This document shows positions 40,921 through 51,304 of a stretch of 64,000 nt of DNA, piece by piece. A program made the position numbers and the translations under genes. The notes below the pieces were generated by a model, which was not told the origin of the DNA, searched no databases, and saw only the letters and a list, made by a program, of their open reading frames with translations. The stretch covers positions 640,001 to 704,000 of the forward strand of contig CAVTBU010000007.1 in the NCBI GenBank assembly GCA_963733035.1, given 5' to 3'. Position 1 is the first letter of the stretch. Each line of letters starts with the position of its first letter. Origin of the DNA: Pirellulales bacterium. GTDB taxonomy: Bacteria > Planctomycetota > Planctomycetia > Pirellulales > PALSA-1355.

Positions 40921-43434
40921 ATGACGAGTCGGATTGCTCGGCTTGCTGCCATCACACTGACGCTTACCGCCTGGTCGATCGCTCCAACTTTCGCGAACAC
41001 GCCCGATCCGGCCGCCCAGACGCAGAAGACTCCCGGTCTCGGCGATCCAGGGCAACTCAGCGAGGTTTCCATCGAGAGTGGCCAGACCGTCGACGGGGTG
41101 TTCACGCTCAACGGTCAGGACGCCCGCCAGCAACTTGTCGTAACGGGAAAATACAGCACAGGCCAGCTCCGCGATCTGACCAGCCAAGTCAGCTACCAGA
41201 CGCAGCCCGAAGGCATCGTCAGCATCAGTCCTTCGGGCTACGTGATTCCGCGGGGCGACGGTACGGCCACGATTACGGCCCAGATTGCAGACGGCCCGGC
41301 CGGCTCGACCCAAGTGACCGTCGCTCACTTTGGCAACGATCCGCTCGTGAATTTCCCGAATCAGATTGTGCCGATCTTCACCAAGCTCGGCTGCAACAGT
41401 GGCGGCTGTCACGGTAAGGCCAGCGGGCAAAACGGCTTCAAGTTGTCGCTATTGGGCTTCGAACCTACGGAAGACTACGAACACCTGGTAAAGGAAGGTC
41501 GCGGTCGCCGATTGTTTCCGGCATCGCCGGATAAGAGCCTGCTGTTGCTCAAGCCGATCGGCGTCGTACCCCACGGCGGCGGCACGCGTATGGAAGTCGA
41601 TACGCATTCCTACCGCTTGATGCGTCGCTGGATCATGCAGGGCATGCCCTACGGCAAGGATTCCGATCCGACCGTGGCCCGGATCGAAGTCTTTCCCAAG
41701 GAGCGGACGATGCCGCAAGGGGGTGAGCAGCAGTTACTTGTGATTGCTCACTACACGGACGGCTCGACCGAGGATGTCACCAGCACGGTAAAATTCGAAC
41801 CGAATAATCCGGAGATGGCCGAAGTCAGCGTGACTGGGCTGGTCAAAACTCTCGACCTTGCCGGTGACGTCGCGATCATGGCCCGCTATCAGGGACAAGT
41901 GGCGGTGTTCCGTGCCACGGTGCCGCTGGGAGTGCCCGTGGAAACGACGCCCACGCCCAAGAACTTCATCGACGAGCTCGTATTCGCCAAGCTGACGACG
42001 TTGGGTGTTCCGCCGTCGGGCAGATGCGACGATGCGACTTTTGTTCGTCGTGTCGCGGTAGACATTGCCGGCCGCTTGCCGACGCCAGAAGAGACCGAAA
42101 AGTTCCTGGCCGATCAGAGCCCGGACAAGCGTGAGCGCTGGATCGATACTCTGTTGGCCAGCACCGACTATGCGGACTTTTTTGCCAACAAGTGGAGCGC
42201 GATCCTGCGGAACAAGCGGCGCGATCAGACCTACGCTCGCGGCACGCGAATTTTCCACGACTGGATTCGCGACAGCCTGCACGAGAACGTCTCGTACGAC
42301 CAGTTCGTTCGGCAATTGTTGACCGCCAGCGGCGAAATCGGTCACAATCCACCGGTGGCCTGGTATCGCGAGGTCGACGACATCAACGAACAGGTCGAGG
42401 ACTCGGCGCAATTGTTCCTTGGGCTGCGGATCCAATGTGCCCGCTGTCATCACCATCCGTTCGAAAAGTGGAGCCAACAGGACTACTACGGCTTCGCGGC
42501 GTTCTTTTCGCGGATCGGGCGCAAGCCGGGTGCGCAATTTGGCGAAGAACGCGTCGTCTATAACCGCGGAACTCCCGCCGCCAAAAATCCCAAGACCGGC
42601 CAGAATGTGGCCGCGGCCGGATTGGGAGCGAAGCCCGCCGAAGTTTCGCTGGAAGACGATCCTCGCCAGGCCCTGGTCGATTGGATGGTCGAAAAGGACA
42701 ATCCATTCTTTGCGCCAGCCCTGGTAAACCGTTACTGGAAGCACTTCTTCAGTCGCGGTTTGGTGGATCCGGAAGACGATATGCGGGTCACGAACCCGGC
42801 GACGAATCAGGCGCTGCTCGAAGCGCTGTCGAAGCACTTCATCGAGAGTGGCTTTGATTTGAAGGACCTCGTGCGGACGATTTGTAATTCGCAGACATAT
42901 CAATTGTCGTCACTGCCCAACGACTACAACGCCGGCGATAAGCAGAACTACTCGCGCTATTATCCGAAGCGCTTGCCGGCCGAAGTGTTGCTGGATGCCA
43001 TCGACGCGGTGACCGAGTCGAAAACGAATTTCGGGGGTGTGCCCCAGAGCGTCAAAGCGGTGCAACTGCCGGATACCGGCTTCAATTCGTATTTCTTGAC
43101 TGTCTTCGGGAAGCCCGAGAATTCGAGCGCCTGCGAGTGCGAGCGATCAAGCGAAGCGAACCTCGCCCAAAGCCTGCACCTGCTCAATAGCTCGGAGGTT
43201 CAGGGGAAGCTGTCGGCCGGTGGCGGCCGGGCCGCGCTGTTGGCCGGTCAGAAGGATCGGTCGCGCGAAGATAAGGTCCGCGAAATCTACTTGCGGGTTT
43301 ACTCGCGAGAGCCGCAGGCCGATGAGATGGCCGTGGCGCTGGCGCACCTGGAAAAATCGAAGGACGAAAAGTTGGCCTTCGAGGACATTCTATGGGCCCT
43401 GGTGAACACGAAAGAGTTTTTGTTCAACCACTAG
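40921..43434 (+). CDS. Secreted DUF1549/DUF1553 protein with Ig-like (Big_2) domains
   Basis: Signal peptide; GCNSGGCHG; NFIDELV; FVRRVAVDIAGRLPT; CARCHHHPFEKW; NRYW; LVNTKEFLFNH. Confidence 0.9.
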   Translation: MTSRIARLAAITLTLTAWSIAPTFANTPDPAAQTQKTPGLGDPGQLSEVSIESGQTVDGVFTLNGQDARQQLVVTGKYSTGQLRDLTSQVSYQTQPEGIVSISPSGYVIPRGDGTATITAQIADGPAGSTQVTVAHFGNDPLVNFPNQIVPIFTKLGCNSGGCHGKASGQNGFKLSLLGFEPTEDYEHLVKEGRGRRLFPASPDKSLLLLKPIGVVPHGGGTRMEVDTHSYRLMRRWIMQGMPYGKDSDPTVARIEVFPKERTMPQGGEQQLLVIAHYTDGSTEDVTSTVKFEPNNPEMAEVSVTGLVKTLDLAGDVAIMARYQGQVAVFRATVPLGVPVETTPTPKNFIDELVFAKLTTLGVPPSGRCDDATFVRRVAVDIAGRLPTPEETEKFLADQSPDKRERWIDTLLASTDYADFFANKWSAILRNKRRDQTYARGTRIFHDWIRDSLHENVSYDQFVRQLLTASGEIGHNPPVAWYREVDDINEQVEDSAQLFLGLRIQCARCHHHPFEKWSQQDYYGFAAFFSRIGRKPGAQFGEERVVYNRGTPAAKNPKTGQNVAAAGLGAKPAEVSLEDDPRQALVDWMVEKDNPFFAPALVNRYWKHFFSRGLVDPEDDMRVTNPATNQALLEALSKHFIESGFDLKDLVRTICNSQTYQLSSLPNDYNAGDKQNYSRYYPKRLPAEVLLDAIDAVTESKTNFGGVPQSVKAVQLPDTGFNSYFLTVFGKPENSSACECERSSEANLAQSLHLLNSSEVQGKLSAGGGRAALLAGQKDRSREDKVREIYLRVYSREPQADEMAVALAHLEKSKDEKLAFEDILWALVNTKEFLFNH

Positions 43435-43659
43435 ACGGTCGCGATGGGAGCCGGCGCGTCCGGAGTGGACGAAAGACCGGCCTCTCCGCGCGATCCTGCT
43501 GAAATCCGGCTACTTAGATTCCCACCCGACGTTATTCGTAACTATGATGGAACCGGACGCCTGACCGGTCTTGCCGGCTGGGCATTCGCTACCGATTTCG
43601 CGGCGAGTTCTCACCGGGAGCTGGCCGTCACGCCAACCATCCTGCCCAGGTAACCAGTT

Positions 43660-46653
43660 GTGAAAGTCATTCGCACTCTTGCCGCGATCGTAGTCGGTCT
43701 GGCCGTTCTGTCGTCGCAACGCATCGTGGCTGACGATGAAATCAAACCCATCGCTATTACCGAGATCAAACGCGATGCGCCGGTCGATTTCGAAAAAGAA
43801 GTGCTGCCGGCCCTGACGAAGAACTGCGTTGCCTGCCACAACGCCAAGGAGGCGGAGTCCGACCTGGTACTGGAAACTCCGCAGTCGATTCTCAAAGGCG
43901 GCTACTCGGGCCCCGCCATCGTGCCTGGCAAGAGCGGGGAAAGTCTGCTGCTCAAACTCGCCTCGCACCAAGATGAGCCACTAATGCCTCCGGCGGATAA
44001 CGGCGTCGATGCCGTCGCGCTGTCGAGCGAACAACTCGGTCTCATCAAACGCTGGATCGACGAGGGAGCTAAAGGGGAAGTCACGGCGAAGGACGCCCCG
44101 CTCGCATGGCAGTCGTTGCCGCCCGGGATGAACCCAATCTATGCCGTGGCCGTGACGCCGGACGGTCAATACGCCGCCTGTGGCCGCGCGAACCAGATCT
44201 TCATCTACCATGTCGCGTCCGGACAACTGCTCACGCGGCTGACCGATCCATCTTTGGTTGAAAGGGGCCTGTACAAGAGTCACGGTGTGGCCCACCTCGA
44301 CCTGGTGCAATCCCTGGCCTTTAGTCCGGACGGTCAGACGCTGGCTTCCGGCGGCTTTCGCGAAGTGAAACTTTGGCATCGACCCAGCGACGTGCGCATT
44401 GCGGACTTACCCGCCAGCGGCAGCGCGGTGCGATCGCTGGCCGTTCGTGCTGACGGTCAATGGGTTGCCATGGGTGAAGCCTCCGGCGAAATCAAGCTCT
44501 GGGATCTCAGCACCCTTAAAGATCCCAAGACACTCGCCGGACATAGCGCCGCGGTCACTTCGGTGGCCTTCCTTCCCGATAGCGGCAGACTCGTTTCGGG
44601 TTCGGAAGACAAGACCGCGCGATTGTGGAACGTGGCGGACGGAGGCCTAATCGCCCAAGTGGAAACGCCGGCGGCAATTCTTTCGTTGGCCGTGATTGCC
44701 GACGGGGCACAAGTGGCCTCTGGCCATGCCGACAACCTGATTCGCCGCTGGACGTTGCCCGCCGGTGAAGCCAAGGAAATCGTCGCGGCGGGCGAAATCA
44801 GCGGACACACCGGCGCGGTGACTGGGCTGGCCGCGTCGCCCGCCGAGAAGACGCAGCTTGTTTCCGGTTCCGCCGATGGCACGGTGCGGCAATGGAACCT
44901 GGAAAAGAACGAACAAATTCGAGAGATCAAGCACGGGGCGGCAGTCACGGCATTGGCGGTCCGACCAGACGGAAAACAGATCGCCTCGGCCGCAGCCGAC
45001 AACTTGATCAAACTCTGGAACGCTGCGGACGGCAGTCCTTGGGCGTCGCCCGACAAGCAGCCGATTGCCGAAATGAAGGGGGACTTTCGAGCCCAATTTC
45101 ATCTTGCCCAACTCGATCGAGACCTGGCGGCGATGAATGCTCGGGTGGCCGATCACAAAAAGGCGCTCGCTGACGCCGAGGCCAAGATTATCAGTTCGGC
45201 CAATGCCGTCACGTCGACGCAGACGGCCAAGGACACGTCCGCCAAGACACTCAAGGAAAAGCAAGACGCCGTTAAGGCACCGACGGACGCCAAGGCCGCA
45301 GCCGACAAGGCGCTAGCCGATGCGAACGTTGCCGCCAAGGCCGCATCCGACAGTGCCGCGCAGGCCAAGGCTGCCGCGGACGCGGACGCAAAGAATGCCG
45401 ACCTGGCCAAGGCCGCGGAGGAAGCCAAAAAAGCTGCCGATGCGGCGGCGGCCGCGGTGAAAGAAGCGGAGAAAAAAGCCACCGAGGCAGACGCCGCACT
45501 GAAGAAAGCCAATCAGGAAGTTGCGTCGGCCGATGCCGCCAACACGGCCGCAGTGCAAGCGGCAGCCACGGCCGTTGTGAACGTCAAGAAGGCCGTCAAT
45601 GAGGTACCCCGGGCGGAACAAACGCTGAAGGAAACCGAAGCCGCACTTGCCACGGTGCAAGCCGCCGATGAAGCGGCCAAGGTAGCGGCAACCGCGGCCG
45701 ACAAGCCGGTTCGGTCGCTCGTCTATTCCGCCGACGGACAACAACTTCTCAGCGCCGGCGAGAACAATTTGGTTCGCACCTGGATGAGTGACACGGGGGC
45801 TCCGGTCGATACCTTTGCGGGCCATGCCGGCGCTGTGCTTGCCGCGGCCTACACGCCGCAAGGCATTCTCTCCACCTCGGAGGACGGCGCTGCGATCGTC
45901 TGGAATGCCAATCCTGGCTGGTCGCTAGCACGCACCATCGGCAATTCCGACGATCCATCGACATTTGGCGATCGAGTGACCGCCCTGGCCTTCAGTCCTG
46001 ACGGCAAGCTTCTTGCCACCGGCGGCGGTGAGCCGTCGCGCGCTGGCGAATTAAAGCTGTTCAATGTGGCCGACGGTACGCTCGCCTTGGAAATCCCTGA
46101 CGCGCACAGCGACACCGTCTTCGGACTGGAATTCTCGCCCGATGGTCAGTATCTCGCCTCGTCGGCTGCCGACCGTTTCGTCAAGGTGTTCAAGCTGGCC
46201 GACGGCAAGCTGTCCAAGAGCTTCGAAGGCCACACCCATCACGTGCTCGACGTGTCTTGGAAGTCGGACGGCAAGGTGCTTGCCAGCGGTGGTGCGGACA
46301 ACGTGATCAAAGTCTGGAACTTCGAAACGGGCGATCAGATTCGCACGACCGCCGGCTTTGACAAAGAAGTCACGTCGCTGGCTTTTGTCGGTACTTCGCC
46401 GCAGGTATTGGCCAGCTCGGGCGACAAGACCGTGAGACTGGTGAACACCGACAACGGCAAGATGGATCGGACATATTCCGGTTCGCAGGACTTCATGTAC
46501 TCGACCGCCACCACGGCCGACGGTCGGTTGGCGATCTCCGGCGGACAGGACAGCACGTTGTTTATCTGGCTGGTTGGAGACGGGCAGCTACTTAAGTCGT
46601 TCGCGGCCCCCAAGCCGGACGATGCCACGGCGGAACAAACGGCCGGCAATTAG
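43660..46653 (+). CDS. Secreted planctomycete cytochrome c + WD40-repeat protein with Ala/Lys-rich coiled-coil insertion
   Basis: VDFEKEVLP..CVACH..IVPGKSGESLL..MPP..WIDEGA; many GH...WD/WN repeats; AK-rich segment at about 45110-45700. Confidence 0.9.
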   Translation: MKVIRTLAAIVVGLAVLSSQRIVADDEIKPIAITEIKRDAPVDFEKEVLPALTKNCVACHNAKEAESDLVLETPQSILKGGYSGPAIVPGKSGESLLLKLASHQDEPLMPPADNGVDAVALSSEQLGLIKRWIDEGAKGEVTAKDAPLAWQSLPPGMNPIYAVAVTPDGQYAACGRANQIFIYHVASGQLLTRLTDPSLVERGLYKSHGVAHLDLVQSLAFSPDGQTLASGGFREVKLWHRPSDVRIADLPASGSAVRSLAVRADGQWVAMGEASGEIKLWDLSTLKDPKTLAGHSAAVTSVAFLPDSGRLVSGSEDKTARLWNVADGGLIAQVETPAAILSLAVIADGAQVASGHADNLIRRWTLPAGEAKEIVAAGEISGHTGAVTGLAASPAEKTQLVSGSADGTVRQWNLEKNEQIREIKHGAAVTALAVRPDGKQIASAAADNLIKLWNAADGSPWASPDKQPIAEMKGDFRAQFHLAQLDRDLAAMNARVADHKKALADAEAKIISSANAVTSTQTAKDTSAKTLKEKQDAVKAPTDAKAAADKALADANVAAKAASDSAAQAKAAADADAKNADLAKAAEEAKKAADAAAAAVKEAEKKATEADAALKKANQEVASADAANTAAVQAAATAVVNVKKAVNEVPRAEQTLKETEAALATVQAADEAAKVAATAADKPVRSLVYSADGQQLLSAGENNLVRTWMSDTGAPVDTFAGHAGAVLAAAYTPQGILSTSEDGAAIVWNANPGWSLARTIGNSDDPSTFGDRVTALAFSPDGKLLATGGGEPSRAGELKLFNVADGTLALEIPDAHSDTVFGLEFSPDGQYLASSAADRFVKVFKLADGKLSKSFEGHTHHVLDVSWKSDGKVLASGGADNVIKVWNFETGDQIRTTAGFDKEVTSLAFVGTSPQVLASSGDKTVRLVNTDNGKMDRTYSGSQDFMYSTATTADGRLAISGGQDSTLFIWLVGDGQLLKSFAAPKPDDATAEQTAGN

Positions 46654-46672
46654 GGAGGCGCTTCGGTCGAGC

Positions 46673-47926
46673 TTACTTGGCTTCGCCCAGCAGTTCCAGG
46701 CGCAGCAGGTTGAGCGCGGCTTTGGCGGCTCGCGGAATCCAGATCGACGGGTGTCCGGCCAAGGTCGAGGCCTTGACCGTGACCTTGTCAGGTGTTGCCA
46801 GCGCGAAGTAGTACGGCGTTTCAGGGTCGTTGGCTCCCTCGGCCGGAAAAGGTCCGACCGCTAGCGCATAGTCCGCACCGCTGTGCTTGCGGCACATGGC
46901 AGCCATCGCTTCGGCCACTTCTCGCGACTCCGCCCCACAACGGTCGATTAGATCGCCCGAGTCTCCCAGTTCACGTCCCAACATCGCGGAGCTGCAAACC
47001 ACGTGTCCGCCGAGGTAGTGCGGGTCCGCGCAGCCGGCACGGCTCAGCCACTGTGCAATGGCGCCCTCGGTGCCGGATTCAATCGTGCAGAGCGTCTTGT
47101 CCGTGCTGGCCAGTAGCCGTACGACGGCGTCTTCCAGTTCCTCGTCTTCCTCGCCAAACACGAGGTTGCCCAAGCACTCGTGGATGGTCGTCACCGTCGG
47201 TTCGATCGCTGCCAGGCATTCCTCGGGCGTGCTGCCAGCGGCCGTGATGCGGAGCGTAATCGTCGCTGCCGAAACGGTGATGCCCACCGCGGGGCTCCGG
47301 CCACGCCGAATCAAGTCGGGTAGCATCTGTTCGACGTGACTTTCGCCCGCGCCGAACACCTTGACCCGCCGGTGGCGAATGACCCTTGGCACTTCACTGG
47401 AGGACAATACGGCCGGCGCGACGGTTGCACGAAACATCTCAAACATTTCGGCTGGCACACCTGGCAATGCGAAGACATGACACGTACGGCCCGCCGCCCG
47501 CTCAATATCGAGCCAAATGCCGGGAGCCGTGCCGTTTGGGTTGTGGATGATCCGACTTCCTTCGGGAAACATTGCCTGCACTCGGTTACGCTCGGGCATG
47601 TCTCGTTTGAATCGAGCGAACAGTCCCTTGATGTACTCGAGCGATGCTTCGTCCAGCACAAGCGGCCGTTGAACGACAGCCGACAGAGCTTCGCGCGTCA
47701 GATCGTCCGCCGTGGGACCTAGCCCGCCCGTCGCAACGACAATGTCGGCACGGCCGGCAGCCGTTTGAAACACGTCAATATTCGCCTGGAGGTCATCGGC
47801 GACCGTCGTGTGGTACAGGACGCGCACGCCGAGTTCACCAAGTCGTTCACTGATCCATTGACTGTTGGTGTCGAGGCGCTGTCCACTGGTAAGTTCGTCG
47901 CCAATTGAGATCACTTCGGCAATCAT
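46673..47926 (-). CDS. cinA: CinA-family protein (MoCF-like domain + degenerate PncC domain)
   Basis: IGDELTSG..DTNS, GGLGPTADDLT, GTAPG, LPGVPAEM; C-terminal domain ESGTEG. Confidence 0.88.
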   Translation of the reverse strand: MIAEVISIGDELTSGQRLDTNSQWISERLGELGVRVLYHTTVADDLQANIDVFQTAAGRADIVVATGGLGPTADDLTREALSAVVQRPLVLDEASLEYIKGLFARFKRDMPERNRVQAMFPEGSRIIHNPNGTAPGIWLDIERAAGRTCHVFALPGVPAEMFEMFRATVAPAVLSSSEVPRVIRHRRVKVFGAGESHVEQMLPDLIRRGRSPAVGITVSAATITLRITAAGSTPEECLAAIEPTVTTIHECLGNLVFGEEDEELEDAVVRLLASTDKTLCTIESGTEGAIAQWLSRAGCADPHYLGGHVVCSSAMLGRELGDSGDLIDRCGAESREVAEAMAAMCRKHSGADYALAVGPFPAEGANDPETPYYFALATPDKVTVKASTLAGHPSIWIPRAAKAALNLLRLELLGEAK

Positions 47927-47960
47927 GGAATGCTTTCACGTGAATAGATCGGATGATTTG

Positions 47961-48623
47961 TCATGAGGTGTTGGACTTTGCCGCAATGGTATCCAGAAAG
48001 TCCTGGCCGTGGGCGTATTGGGTGTTGATTGGCACGCCCGCCTTGCAGAGGGGGCAGTGGGCCGCGGGCCAGCTGGGAATGTCGTGTTCCAGTAGAAAAA
48101 GATAGCGCTCGACTCCAAGGCTAGCGGCATCGACGTTTCCGCGGTCGACAATGGCGGCCGCCCCCACCACATTGCCACCGCACTGTTCGACTGCCTTCAC
48201 GGTTTGACGGATCGAGTAACCGGTGTTCACGACATCGTCGACGACGAGCACGTTTTTCCCTTTGATCATCTGATCGTATCCGCGATGCAACGCGAATCTT
48301 CCGCGCAACTCGCTTGGAGAGCGCGGAGAATTGTGCTCGGCAAACACGGCTGGCAAATGGAGTGCGTGCCCCGTCCACTGGGCCACGATGAGGCCGCCGG
48401 TCGCCGGACCGCAGAGCATGTCCGCGCCGAGATCCTGAACAGCACCGGCCAGCAGTTGCCCCAATCGTGCGGTGCGGGTCAAATCGACGAAGATCACGTC
48501 CTTGTCGATCCAGCCGCTGCCGTGGTCGCCGGAAACGTAAACAAAATGGTCGTTCGCCAGGATCGCCTCTGCCGTCGTAAGTATCTGGCGGGTTTCGTCG
48601 GCGGCTGATGAATTGGAAGGCAT
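47961..48623 (-). CDS. Type I phosphoribosyltransferase, orotate PRT-like
   Basis: HFVYVSGDH, GPATGG, PRPP loop VVDDVVNTGYS, C-terminal CPLC. Confidence 0.82.
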   Translation of the reverse strand: MPSNSSAADETRQILTTAEAILANDHFVYVSGDHGSGWIDKDVIFVDLTRTARLGQLLAGAVQDLGADMLCGPATGGLIVAQWTGHALHLPAVFAEHNSPRSPSELRGRFALHRGYDQMIKGKNVLVVDDVVNTGYSIRQTVKAVEQCGGNVVGAAAIVDRGNVDAASLGVERYLFLLEHDIPSWPAAHCPLCKAGVPINTQYAHGQDFLDTIAAKSNTS

Positions 48624-48765
48624 CGGCTTGCGGCTCCAGGAGTTCTCCATTGTGCCAAGTGCGGGTGTCGTTGGCCAAGGGGCTGCGGTGAAGCGGCCAC
48701 CAGGCGTATAACGCTTGCGCACACGGGGGGTGGGCCGGTATACTGTTGCGTAAAGGGCAAGGCGT

Positions 48766-51296
48766 ATGGCACGGGTCGAACTACCGATCGAAGGCATGAC
48801 GTGCAGCCACTGCGTGCGCACGGTGGTCGATGCCCTGCAGAAGGTGCCCGGCGTTCGCTCGGCCACCGTGAGCCTGGCGGATAAGAAAGCCGTTGTCGAC
48901 GTGGAGAACGGTCAGGTTTCTCGCGGCGATCTGGCTGCGGCCGTTGCCCTGGCCGGCTATCGAGTACGCGGCGCGCAGCCGCCGAGCACTGTGCAGATAT
49001 CGAGTGGTCCACCCTCGCCGTCGGCCCTGGTGAAAGACATCGAACCACTGGCGGCGCCAGCGGCTTCGCCCAAACAAAGACGCCCGGCCGACGCCAACGA
49101 GCCTGGCGTGATGTTGAACATCGACGGAATGACGTGCGCGAGTTGCGTGGCAAGAGTCGAGAAAGCGCTCGCAGCGGTTTCTGGTGTCAGCGCCGCACGC
49201 GTCAATCTGGCGACCAACCAGGCTTCCGTCCAATTTGGCGACAAACCGGCCTCGCTGGCGGACTTGATATCCGCGGTGGAGCGGGTTGGCTATGAAGCCG
49301 CGCCGGCAGGCACGCCGGCGGACGCGGGGGCCGATCTGGCCGATCGCTCAGAACGTGAGCTCTTCCGTTGGCGCTGGCGCCTGTGGGTGGGTGCGGCATT
49401 GCTCCTTCCGCTCGTGGCGTTGCACTTTTGGAAACCGTCTGGCCCAGCGGCGACGTGGGTGCAGTTTGTTTGCGCCACCTTGCTGCAAGTGGTTGTCGGG
49501 TGGCCGTATTATGTCGGCGCCCTCAAGCGGGCTCGATACCTGTCGACGAACATGGATACGCTGGTCACGATCGGCACGTTGGCCGCTTATGGAGCCGGGG
49601 TCTTTGGGCTGTTTGCATCTGAGCACGCGGCGCACGGCCGGCCGATGTATTTGATGGACGCTGGCATGATCCTTGTGTTCATTACGCTGGGCAAGTATCT
49701 CGAAGCCCGCGCCAAGGGACGTGCATCGGCGGCGATTCGCAAACTACTTGATCTCGCACCGCCCGAGGCATTCGTCAGGCGAGGCGGCCAACTTGTGGGC
49801 GTGACGCCCGCTCAGGTCCGCGTGGGTGAAATTCTCGTCGTGCGGCCGGGTGAAAAGGTACCGCTCGATGCCGAAGTGACCAGCGGCAGTTCGAGCGTCG
49901 ACGAGTCGTGGTTGACGGGCGAGTCGTTGCCCGTCGACAAGAGCCCAGGCAGCGAAATCCTGGCGGGAACGATCAACGGACAAGGTTCGCTCACTGCCCG
50001 AGTTGTTAGGCCCGCAGGTAAGACGGCGCTGGCGCAAGTCATCGACCTGGTTCGCCGCGCGCAGGAATCGAAGACTGAAATCCAACGGCTGGCCGATCGT
50101 GTCGTAGCCGTGTTCGTGCCGTTTGTCCTGCTGGTCGCCGCGATTACGCTGTTGACCTGGGGATTGGCCGCCACCGATTGGTTCGGTGGCTTGAGTGCCA
50201 TGGTCGCGGTACTCGTCGTGGCCTGTCCCTGCGCCTAGGGTTGGCAACGCCAACGGCGATTCTCGTGGCCAGCGGTCGCGGGGCCGAGATGGGAGTGCTC
50301 GTCAAAGAAGCCCACGCCCTGGAAATCGCCGGACGCGTGTCGACGGTCGTGCTCGATAAGACCGGCACGATCACAACGGGAAAACCGCAAGTGACACACG
50401 TTCTGGCTGCGAAGGGTGTGACTCCCGACCTTCTGCTGTCGACCGCCGCGGCGGCCGAACAACTCAGCCAGCATCCCTTGGCCGAACCGATCGTCGCGGC
50501 GGCCCGTCGCGAACGCCTGCAACTGCCTTCGGCCAGCGACCTGGAAGTCGTTCCGGGCCAAGGCATCCGGGTGCAAGGTCGCGACGAAATAATCTATGTG
50601 GGAAACGAACAGCTGATGGCGCTGGCCGGTGTAAATCTGGGCGCTCAGCTTGCCCAATTGAAGACCGTTCGTGCCGGTGGCGAAACACCACTCGTAGTCG
50701 CGTCTGGCAAACGCTATCTGGGCATGCTCGTGGTGGCCGACGTCATTGCACCGCACAGTCAGGAAGCCGTCGCGCAGCTCAAGAAGTTGGGCGTCGAGGT
50801 CTGGCTGCTCTCGGGTGACCACCGGACAATTGCCGAACGTATTGCCCGCGAAGTCGGCATCGAACGGTTTCGCGCCGAGGTGTTGCCGCAGGACAAGCAG
50901 GCCATGGTCGCTCAGCTACAGTCGGCTGGGCACGTCGTGGCCATGGTCGGAGACGGCATCAACGATGCACCGGCCCTCGCGGCCGCGGACTTGGGAATTG
51001 CGGTCGGAACGGGCTCCGACGTCGCGATTGAAGCCGCCGAGGTTGTCATCACGGGCGGAGATCTGCGCTCCGTGCCCAAAACGCTCCTGTTGGCCCGGGC
51101 AACGCTACGCACAATTCGACAGAACCTGGCCTGGGCCTTCCTTTACAACGTGCTGCTGATTCCGCTGGCGGCGGGAGTGTTGGTGCCGCTGGGCGGCTTT
51201 CAATTACCGAGCGTGGCCGCGGCGGGTGCGATGGCGCTATCGAGCGTTTCGGTCGTCACCAACAGCTTGTTGCTCAGAGCACGTAAGCTGAAGTAA
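48766..51296 (+). CDS. copA: Cu(I)-translocating P1B ATPase with two HMA domains (indel near 50235)
   Basis: GMTCSHC, GMTCASC, TGE, CPC(A)LGLATP across the frame change, DKTGT, HP, GDGIND, YN, MALSS. Confidence 0.92.
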
Positions 51297-51304
51297 TTGC
51301 GAGA

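Noticed and set aside
37330..42903. Long antisense ORFs (e.g. 37330-38289, 41734-42903; likewise 3961-5028, 20582-21679, 32976-33962)
   Set aside because: They are shadow ORFs opposite well-supported genes, as expected from high-GC codon bias.
45110..45700. DNA tandem repeat or mobile insertion in the GCC/AAG-rich stretch
   Set aside because: It is in-frame Ala/Lys-rich coding sequence without exact nucleotide periodicity.
49060..49085. E. coli-type programmed -1 frameshift in copA producing a CopZ chaperone (CCCAAAC after the first HMA domain)
   Set aside because: The heptamer is read TCG CCC AAA CAA, which is not the X XXY YYZ phase needed for slippage.
50220..50245. Split copA (ORFs 48766-50238 and 50178-51296) as two genes or a recoding site
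   Set aside because: The break falls inside the invariant [10 protein letters not shown] motif and is repaired by adding one C.
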